Positions 25,885 to 36,012 of a DNA stretch of 64,000 nt are shown here, in pieces (the first letter of the stretch is position 1; each line of letters starts with the position of its first letter). Made by a program: the position numbers and the translations under genes. This stretch comes from Sminthopsis crassicaudata. Its lineage: Eukaryota. Below the pieces are notes generated by a model. It was not told where the DNA came from and ran no database searches. It saw only the letters and a program-made list of their open reading frames with translations. The stretch spans positions 170,996,001 to 171,060,000 of the forward strand of contig NC_133622.1 of assembly GCF_048593235.1 (NCBI RefSeq), written 5' to 3'.

Positions 25885-26040
25885 ATTGAGAACTCTCATT
25901 GTTGGCTGGATTCTTGGAGATGATAGTCTCATTCAGCCCTGGGACCAAACCATGCATCCATTTGATTCCAGTATATCTCTCCATTTAATAAATTATTAAA
26001 TACTTCTAATTCTATCTTGCTCAGTTTCTCCAGCATTACA
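25493..26040 (+). mobile_element. Solo ERV LTR, family A, copy 2
   Basis: TGTTATG...CATTACA termini, perfect 4-bp TSD TCAC, AATAAA at ~25987 and an internal (TA)22. Confidence 0.93.
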
Positions 26041-27193
26041 TCACCATCACAAGATATCAAGTTGTACCCTCCCAGTAAGTAAAGCAAGAGAAAAACAAAG
26101 GTCAGTGGAGAAAAGAGGTAAACAGCCGAGAGAACAGAGGGAAAGCTAAGGGAAAAGCCAAAAAAGTTTAAAGAATGAGTGAAACCACAAGTACTTTGTA
26201 TCACTCCAGGAAGTCAAAATTATGGAAAACAGCATGGCACCATGGAATGAACAGGGAGTATAGAGTCAGAAAATTGGAAGTCTAATTTTATCTCTAATTA
26301 TTTCTATATGGGGTATTTCTAGATAGTCATTTAATTACTGGGATTCCAGTCCCCTCGCCTATAAAATGGACAGGGGTGGGGGATGGACTACGTGGCCTTT
26401 GTGGCTCTAGATGGATCCACTGGGGCAATAAAATTTAAATATTAAAAAAATTAATTTTAATTTGATCAGAATTATAAGCAGAACATATCTATATGTGAAT
26501 CCTCTCTTTTCTCTTCTTCCCCTTTCTGATGCTCTCAATAACAGCTCCTAGGGGCACAGAGTGAACTTACAACTTCAATACTTAACCCCCACTTAACTAA
26601 ATGCCTTACATCACTTTCATAAACAATGCTGATTCCTTTCTGTATCAATAGACAAAGGGGAGTATTTATTCAGGGAATGAGTCTGGGCTGTTGAATGGCA
26701 GAAACTGTCCAGTTCCCTAGTGTTTTTGTGAAACTGAATCAGACTAGCATTATAGATAACATTTCTGGGTGCCAAGGTGACTGTTGAAATAGACTGTGTT
26801 TTTCTCTTTTTCTGTATAAATGAAAATCGCTTGCCAAAATACAACTGAAAGCTCTATATAGTATAATGATGGGTTATTCTCAGCTGAACCATAGTGGAAG
26901 TTAGATGAGAGACTGAGAAATAGGATGCAAAGAGAGGAAGAGGATACAAATACAAAAGGATGTATGTTAGAGGAGGTCAGAGGATTTAGAACCCAGAATA
27001 GAAACCAGAATTTAGAACCTTAGAGATTATAAAACCAAACTTCTTCACCTTCTAGATGAAAAAAATAGGTGAAGAGACTAAAGTGACTTCCTTAGAATGA
27101 CACTCACTTAACCTCACTGAATTGAGCATTGGAAAAGAAGTCACTGAGTTTTAAAGTAATTTCATAAATTGTGTATTCCAACTAAACCTGACT

Positions 27194-28937
27194 ATTTTTT
27201 TGATAATTTATTAATTTTATAATTATAATTTTTTGACAGTACATATGCAAGGGTATTTTTTTTACAACATTATCCCTTGTATTCACTTTTCCAAATTTTC
27301 CCCTCCCTCCCTCCCTCTACTCCCTCCCCTAGATGACAGGTAATCCCATTCATTTTACATGTGTTACAATATAACCTAGATACAATCCATGTGTGTAAAT
27401 ACCATTTTCTTGTTGCACATTAATTATTAGCTTCCGAAGGTATAAGTAACCTGGGTAGATAGACAGTAGTGCTAACAATTTACATTCACTTCCCAGTGTT
27501 CCTTCTCTGGGTGTAGTTATTTCTGTCCATCATTGATCAACTGGAAGTGAGTTGGTTTTTCTTTATGTTGAAGATATCCACTTCCATCAGAATACATCCT
27601 CATACAGTGTTGTTGTTGAAGTGTATAGTGATCTTCTGGTTCTGTTCATTTCACTCAGCAACAGTTGATGTAAGTCTCTCCAAGCCTCTCTGTATTCCTC
27701 CTGCTGGTCATTTCTTACAGAGCAATAATATTCCATAATCTTCATATACTATAATTTACCCAACCATTCTCCAACTGATGGACATCCATTCAACTTCCAG
27801 TTTCTAGCTACAACAAAAAGAGCTGCCACAAACATTTTGGCACATACAGGTCCCTTTCCGCTCTTTAGTATTTCTTTGGGATATAAGCCCAATAGCAGCA
27901 ATGATGGATCAAAGGGTATGCACAGTTTGATAACTTTTTGGGCATAGTTCCAAATTGCTCTCCAGAATGGCTGGATTCTTTCACAACTCCACCAACAATG
28001 TATCAGTGTCCCAGTTTTCCCACATCCCCTCCAACATTCATCATTATTTGTTCCTGTCATCTTAGCCAATCTGACAGGTGTGTAGTGGTATCTCAGAGTT
28101 GTCTTAATTTGCATTTCTCTGATCAGTAGTGATTTGGAACACGAGTGAAAATAGTTTCAATTTCATCATCTGAGAATTGTTTGTTCATATCCTTTGACCA
28201 TTTATCAATTGGAGAATGGTTTGGTTTCCTATAAATCAGGGTCATTTCTCTATATATTTTGAAAATGAGACCTTTGTCAGAACCTTTAACTGTAAAAATA
28301 TTTTCCCAGTTTGTTACTTCCCTTCTAATCTTGTTTGCATTAGTTTTGTTTGTACAGAAACTTTTTAGTTGGATGTAATCAAAATCTTCTATTTTGTGAT
28401 CAATAATGATCTCTAGTTCTCCTCTGGTCATAAATTCCTTCCTCCTCCACAGGTCTGAGAGGTAGACTATTCTCTGTTCCTCTAATCTATTTATTATCTC
28501 ACTCTTTATGCCTAAATCATGGACCCATTTTGATCTTATCTTGGTATATGGTGTTAAGTGTGGATCCATATCTAATTTCTGCCATACTAATTTCCAGTTT
28601 TCCCAACAGTTTTTTTCCGAATAATGAATTTTTGTCCCTAATGTTGGTATCTTTGGCAATCCCATATATATTAAATGTGTTACAGTATATCCTAGATACA
28701 ATCTACATGTGTAAAATCAATTTTTTGTTGCTCAGTAACAATTGGATTCCGAAGTTATAAGGAACCTGGGTAGAAAGACAATAGTGCAAACATTTTACAT
28801 TCACTTCCCAGTGTTTCTTCTCTGGGTGTAGCTGTTTCTGTCCATCATTGATCTACTGGAACTGAATTGGATCTTCTCTATGTTGAAGATATCCACTTCC
28901 ATCAGAATATATCTTCATACAATAACGTTGTTGAAGT
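27194..28937 (-). mobile_element. Relatively young 5'-truncated LINE-1 insertion, chimeric, with TSD
   Basis: ORF2 C-terminal remnants at 28123-28701 and 27749-28114 (HYSEKNCWENWK...[16 protein letters not shown], the L1 Cys-rich domain). TSD taaacctgact at 27183-27193 and 28938-28948. Confidence 0.95.
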
Positions 28938-29499
28938 TAAACCTGACTCTAAATTTTGATCCAAGCTAGAATCATTTGAATTTTTTCTTGGTTACCTCTA
29001 GGGAGAGGCAACTCAATGCTTCCCAAGGTGGTTCATTCCATTTTGAATAACTCTAATTGTTATTTGGCTTTTCTCTGCCTCAAGATCTTCCTCTTATACC
29101 ATACTATTAAGTCTTCACTTTATTAGAATAAATTCTATACATAGATAGGCATGTGTCAGATTGTAAGTTCCCTAAGGACCAGGATCTTTTTTTCCCTTTT
29201 ATTTATATCCTCAGAATTTAGCATATTGTCTGGCACATAGTGGGTGTTTAATAAATGCTAGTTGTTTTAACTTGACAAGAGTATGATAAACTAGGGACAC
29301 TCACTGCAATGGAAGACTACCTGTGAGTTCCTACATTTGTTAGGAAAGGCTATCCAAGTGAATGATTATATGATAACTCATTATCTGCACTAGAAAGAGG
29401 GAGCAGGAAGAAGAAGAAAGATACCCACATAAAAAAATTTTATGTCTTTAAGAAATATCTTAAAGGTGAATGAGATGAGGTGAGATCTTTCAAGACAGT

Positions 29500-29903
29500 T
29501 GTGAAAATCGAGTAAGGCTTCATCTACTTCAGAGTTCGAGTAGCCCTGAAGGACTCTGAAGTTCGAGCAAAGGGCATTGCCTTCCCCTCCTATGATATCT
29601 CCCTATTTCATCCAAATATAGGCAACTATGTACTTATTGGTCAAGTTCAATTTCATGGATAGATCTCGCGTTTAGAATGTAAGACTCTCAGCCAATGAGG
29701 ATGAGGGTCAGTGGTGGGAGGGGGCGTTTTGCGTTAGGGATTAAAGGTGCTGTCCTGCCCACAGGAGGTGCTTCCTCTCTTCAATAGTCTACTCGAAGAG
29801 TGGGACTCCCTTCTCGCCAGAATGTACAATAAACTTTGCTTTTCTCTAGAGCTCTCTCCAGCTTTTTTATTAAATGGTGACCCCTCACCATTTCCTTACC
29901 ACA
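29500..29903 (+). mobile_element. Solo ERV LTR with recognisable promoter
   Basis: TGTGA...CCACA termini, CCAAT 29692-29696, GC box 29721-29726, TATA-like gattaaa 29739-29745, AATAAA 29828-29833 and 9 CpGs retained. Confidence 0.75.
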
Positions 29904-32900
29904 CAAAGGCATTCTGTACAACTGACCAAGGCCACAGGACAACTGGAATATTGTGGGTTTCCAAATCTGGATCAAAGATGGCTTCCCAGTTTTCCCTTTT
30001 TGTGTAGGGAAAGTCCCATCTATGATGTATGCTAAAGTTTTCCCTCCTCCTGAGGCTCTAAGATGGTAATTTGTGGGGAATGAGGTGTAATATCTTATCT
30101 ACACTTTAATATCTATGTTGTGGGATCATCAAGAGCAGTAGGTGGCTGAGGAGAGGTGTAACTATCAATCTGGAAGGGTGCCCACTCACTTCCTGTTAGT
30201 GAACAAAATACATCTTGGGCATCTTCTCTACAATGGAATTATTTGCCAAACCATTGATGTGGTTTCCTTTTGTACTATGTGACCTTGGTTAGAATTAGTT
30301 CCCCCATCTTTAGTTAGAGCTATGGCAGGTGAATGTTAGTTTTTTGCTATATATTTATTTCAATTCTCTCTCTTTTGTTGCTTTTTAAATTCTTCATATT
30401 TTTTACAAAAGAATAAATGTTACTGCAAGAAAACATGTAAAAGCTTTAGCTTTTGAAGAGTACATTCAGAGATATTAGAGCAATTGTTGGTGTGAGGAAA
30501 TCAAATGAGGATCATCCAAGCCCACAATGAAACAAGACCAGTCACAGGAAAGTACAAAGAAAAGTACAATTGAAAACTAATAGCAATAATATCCAAAAAA
30601 TGACAAAGTATTATGATGACACATCCTCATTAATCTTAAAAAAGGAAGTAAAAATGTCAGAGAGATTGGGTAACTAAAGGAGTTTTTAATTTTTATTCCT
30701 TCACAGTGATATTCCATGGGTTTCCTGAATTTAGAAGAGCAGAAGAAATCCAGTAAAATAAAAATAGCTTCCTCAATGTTATAATCTTTGGTTCAAAGGA
30801 ACGATTGATAAGACTCTCTCCTCATTGGTGAAAATTGGTTACTCAATACCCAGAACTTGAATAAAGAGTGATAGAATTGATTAATGTAGAAGAGGAAAGC
30901 AAAGAGTTCTCATGGGTTCTTCTGGCTTTCAAAATGGAGAGAAAAAGAAGATGGAGAGAAGATTCCAAACCTTTTATTCTATCACTGAAGGGAGAAAATG
31001 ATTCTGAGAAGAAGCTGACATGAAAAAGCTAGCAGTGTCTGTTATATCCCTATTGCTAGTTTGCCATAGTAGACACCAAGGAGATTCTCACTGGAAAACT
31101 TTCAGCTGAGCTAAATTATTAAACTTGTAAAGGGAGATCTCATTCAATCTGTATTGTCTAATGCGTATTTGTGCATATGTATATGTAATTCACCTGAATT
31201 AAATAAAACCCATTTTAAAAATCTACATGTGGGTTTAAGTTGTGAATGACTTTGAAAGTTAATGTCTTCAAATGTAAGCTCATGATTTCTAAATTCAGTA
31301 CATATTCCTCTATTAGAAGACTGGATGATGGATGGGATGCATACCTCATCCTGTCCCCATATGCTATTAATTTTCTCTGCCTATTTTCTGTATTTTAGAA
31401 GGTTTTTTTCCAAGTAAGTTAGAGATTATGAGTAATTTGGATGGTGACATGTATAAAAAAACAGTGTTCTTAAGTTTTTATGGATTAATATTATGTCCAG
31501 GAGATTGTAGGGGACAGTTTTTTTTTGGTGTTTTTTTTTTCCCCATGAGAATGGCTTGTTTCCAGTATGGTTAAATCTTCAAGAAAATTTTGGAGTCTGT
31601 ATTTTTAGTCTAGGGATTTGTTCTTTCCATGAAAGAAAATAGACTTCTGTATATTTGTCTACTATGATTATTACTATTGTTATTACTAAAATTACTATTA
31701 TTATAGTATTATTATTATTGTTAAAACAAAAATGCTATTTTTAATGGATAATCAACATTAAACTTAGAACAACTGTACCATTTGTTAAGGATATAATACT
31801 GTATCCAATATGATATATGATTTTGCAATAAAGAATTAAAATTTTAATTAAAATTCTTTAAAAGGCATATGTCAAAATCTTATGAAGTTGACACCAAATT
31901 GTGTAAAGTCAGTGACTTCAACCAAAGAAGGGCAAATCCATGTTAAGAGTTTTGTAAAGATATGAAAAGTTTTAAAGTTTTTTTTTTGTATGTCAATAAA
32001 TTTAATTTCTTTTTTCCCAGTTAATTCACGTACCTCTATATGTTGCCAAATGCTTTGAGAAATCTTGGGCTCAGGTGAACACTTATTCATGAAATGATCA
32101 TTGGAATACAGGGGGATCAGGCCTTTTAGGCTGGTTTTAGAGAAGGAAAAAAAAATGGCAACAGTCAATTAAAGCCATGTAGCTATAGAGTAAATTGGAT
32201 GGTTAATTTGGCATGATTCTTCCCAGGGAGCTCTTTTTTTTAAATTGCCTGCCCAGTGTCAGGATTCCAGCATTAGGTTGATCTCTCAGAGTAAGAATCA
32301 AAGGCTCCTAATGGAGGTACTTAACGCTTTTTCCCTTGGGTTTTTCTATGGGATGGCTAATTCAGATTCAATAAGAGAAAGATTCAACTTCCAAGGCACA
32401 AACACCCTAATAAAGGAAGAAAAGCCTTAATAATTAATACAGCTATGTATATTTGCATGCATGAATTTCTTTTTAAAATAAGTAAAGCCTCTGCATTCCC
32501 CAAAAGGAAGACACTCGATGTTGCAAAACTGTGAGAAGCAAACCTATCATTACACACATCATTAACAAAGGTCAGAGAAACCACAAACTAAACACTCTGA
32601 CATGAATCGGAGCATTCAATTTAGCAGGCTTTACAACACATGATCTGTAGAGGTTGGATCCAGAGAAATATCATGTGAAAGGTATAATTAAATTGAATTT
32701 TTCTTGGTTATTTGATATTATTATTTTAAAAAACTATAGAATGTACTATCTCTACTTTAAATATTGTTATGCTTTAGCCTATTCATGTAGAAGGTTGTCT
32801 CTCCCTCACTCCCCTCAAAAAAAAAAAAAAAAAAAAAGTATCTCAAGACCATAAGGTTAGAGTAATAAAGAATTTAGAAGCCATCAAATCCAAATTAATT

Positions 32901-33297
32901 TTACAGACAAGAAAATGAAGTCTTAGAAAGGGCAAATGATTGGCCTAAAGTCACACAAGTGGCAAGAGGCAAAACCAAAATCTAAATTCAGGTAACTTGA
33001 TATCAAATTCAGTATTCTTAATTTATAGGAAAAAAATCTTTAAGAGAAAAAATAATAATAATAGATTTAGGGCTAGAAAGGACGTAGAGATCACTGATTC
33101 CATTCCTATAATTTCTTTTTGATGAGGCAATTAAGGTTAAGTAACTTGCCTAGGATCTCACAGTTAGGAAATGTTAAATGTTCAAGTTTGTTCAAATTTG
33201 AACTCAGGTCCTCCTGCTCTATCCACTGCACCATCTAGCTGCCTCAATTACTCTCATTTCTCATGAGGAAACTAAGGCCTCAAAACATGAAGTAGCT

Positions 33298-33447
33298 TGG
33301 TGCATCTAGGTGACACAGTGTATAGAGCACCAGCCCTGAAGTCAGGAGGACCTGAGTTTAAATGTGATCTCAGATACTTAATACTTCCTAGCTGTGTGAC
33401 CCTGGGCAAGTCACTTAACCCCAATTGCATCAGCAAAAAAAAAAAGA
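33298..33447 (+). mobile_element. WSINE1-type SINE with ~16-bp TSD
   Basis: Flanked by aaaacatgaagtagct (33282-33297) and aaaagatgaagtggct (33448-33463). Confidence 0.88.
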
Positions 33448-33744
33448 AAAAGATGAAGTGGCTAACTAGGTGACAAAACTTTCAAATAGTAGAGCTAAAA
33501 TTTGAGTCTAGACCTTCAAATTCCAAAATAAGACACATTCCAAATTCATAAAAATGTGTATTTTAAAAAATTAATGTGCATGCATGCCCAGAAAAAAAAT
33601 AAAACAATAAAAACTGTTTTTTAAAAAAGATGCAGATCAGGAACCTTTTTTCTGTTTGAATCATTTTCCAACTTCTAGTGCCCTCCACACTCACCCAGAA
33701 CATAGGGAAAACTATCTTGTCTTTAACTAATATTTATGTCTTTA

Positions 33745-34340
33745 GGACAGTGAAGTGTACAGTGGATAGAGCACTGGGTCTGGAATCAGGAAGATTCTAC
33801 TTTGTCAGTTCAAATCGAGCCTCTTTATATTTAACAGCTGTGTGACTTTGGGGAAGTCACTTAACTCTGTTTACCTCAGTTTTCTCATTTGTAAAATGTG
33901 CTAGAGAAGGAAATATATGATAAACTACTCCAAAATCCTTGTTAAGAAATATGACTCTTTCCAACAATGAGGTGATTCAGGCCCGTTCCAATGATCTTGT
34001 GATGAAGAGAGCTATTGACACCCACCGAGAGGACTGTGGGAACTGAATGTGGATCACAACATAATATTATCAGTCTTTTTGTTGTTATTCGCTTGCATTT
34101 TGTTTTCTTACTCATTTACTTTTTTTATCTGATTTCTTTCATGCAGCAAGAGAATTATATAAATATATTTATACATATTGGATTTAATATATATTTTAAC
34201 ATGTTTAACATATATTAAATTGCTTACCATCTAGGGGAGGGGGTTTGGAGAGGAAGGAAAAATCTGAAACACAAAGCTATACAAGAGTCAATATTGTCAA
34301 ATTATCTGTGCATATGTTTTGAAAATATAACACTTTATAA
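33745..34340 (+). mobile_element. MAR1-type SINE (~33745-33950) followed by an L1 3'UTR fragment (~33955-34340)
   Basis: CORE-SINE motifs, then L1 3'UTR matching 570-965 of this window. Confidence 0.75.
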
Positions 34341-35327
34341 AAGAGAGAATCTCAAATAGGAATACTGAAAAGACTAAACAACACCTGAAAATATGCATAC
34401 ATACATATGTATGCATATTTATGCATACATATGTATACATGCATGTACCAATGGATATGCATTTATAAATTCATTTTATGGATAGGTAATTTTAAAATGT
34501 TTACATGTACATTTAATCTTCTCCTTTAGAACATTTCTATATTTTCTTTTTTTCTTTATTTACATTTGTATTTTCTCCAAAGCTTAGAACAGTGCATGGC
34601 AAAAAGGTAATATATGTTAAATAAAAAACCTTAAGAAATGCTTGTCAATTGATTACTAATAGATCAGTCAATTAGCTAACAATGGCTTTAGTGTTTATTA
34701 CATAATCTTCACTGTGTTATTGATTTTGAAGGATACATCAGTCATTTGGAAAATGATTTGAGAAATGTCAAGTTACTTTTATTATTGATATAATAATTAG
34801 AGTTAGAGGGCATTGAATTTATTTTTTTAAGAATTCCTGGAGATATTTATTCTCTGAGCATACCCTTAAAGAAGTTAGGGTTTTTAACAGATAAATCATT
34901 ATTCAAGATACTATACAAGTACAAGAATGCTTCAATGGCTCTGTGTTTTTAAATATGCAATATTAGAATCAATTTGCAGACCTTTCAAATGATTCAGTAC
35001 ATTAAATAATGCAATTTCAAGATAAGGTGAACTTTATGTTGAACCACTAGTTACCTTAACCTTCCATAAAGGATGAGAAAATGAATTGAATAGCTGTATG
35101 GCATCTAGGTGTGGGGAAGTCAGATTGCTAAGGTTCTTTAACAATACCCACCAAATCAGGTCTCAAGGTTCCCCTGTGTATTTCATACCAACTTTGGTTA
35201 TTAGTGCAATAGTGCCAGGCTCCTTCCCCTCTACTGGAGTATGGAACAAGACTTCATGTTCATAGGGATCAAATCTGGCACCAATAGGATTTAATGTAGG
35301 CAAACCATGCTTTTTGAATTCAGTCAT

Positions 35328-35496
35328 TTTTGAATTTGTTTTTCTTTTTTTTTTTTTTTTTTTTCTTGAGACTGGGGTCAAGTGACTTGCTCAGGGTCAC
35401 ACAGCTAGGAAGTGTTAAGTGTCTGAGACCAGATCCGAACTCAGGTCCTCCTGAATTCAAGGCTGGTGCTCTATCCACTGCACCACCTAGCTGCCC
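35328..35496 (-). mobile_element. WSINE1-type SINE inside the GRPEL1 pseudogene
   Basis: Perfect 13-bp TSD tgaattcagtcat (35315-35327 and 35497-35509) and a poly-T tail. Confidence 0.95.
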
Positions 35497-35697
35497 TGAA
35501 TTCAGTCATAACAAGACCCTCTTGCAATTTCTTCAAATGGAGATTTTCTTCCTTTATTTCATCTTTTGGGATACTTGCTGTTGCCTTTTCCAAAATGTCA
35601 GCAACTTATAGCAAATCTTTACAGAAACATTGAATATTATATAATTTTGTTTCTTCTACCAACTTCTGGCTCTGCCACCACAAATTCTATTGAGACT

Positions 35698-36012
35698 TGT
35701 AAAGGGCTACAAATGAGCAGATGCAAGGTAACTTGGCACGTGAGGCTAATTATCAAATGGACAATTCTCTTTTAACATGTTTGGAGGATGACTAACTATT
35801 TTGTGCGGGCTTGATCAGTGGGTGTGGAAAAAGAAGGAGAAATGATATCAGTGGGTGGAGTAGGAGGAGAAGAGTCATTCTTTGGTGGTAGAGAGAGAGA
35901 GGAAGGAGATGTGGAGATTCCTATATCTAATCCCTTGAGAGCTATCCCAAAAGACTAAGAATAAAAACTTTTGCTTATCCTGACTCTGGCTGATTCTAAG
36001 ATATCAAGGTCA
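35698..36012 (+). mobile_element. Short solo LTR inside the GRPEL1 pseudogene
   Basis: Starts TGTAAAGG, with ctatatctaa TATA-like and AATAAA at ~35960. It splits GRPEL1 between KYKR and the ENLR region. The right boundary is uncertain by a few bases (imperfect GACT/CACT flanks). Confidence 0.7.

Noticed and set aside
25929-26204. 91-aa ORF with hydrophobic N-terminus
   Set aside because: Half of it lies antisense within the solo LTR. It is a chance read-through.
27749-28701. 192-aa and 121-aa ORFs as host genes
   Set aside because: They are L1 ORF2 C-terminal remnants in a 5'-truncated insertion.
35163-35381. GrpE-like ORF as a functional gene, or as bacterial contamination/HGT
   Set aside because: The ORF start lies in a SINE poly-A tail. 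The sequence matches eukaryotic GRPEL1, has stops and frameshifts, and is interrupted by marsupial repeats.
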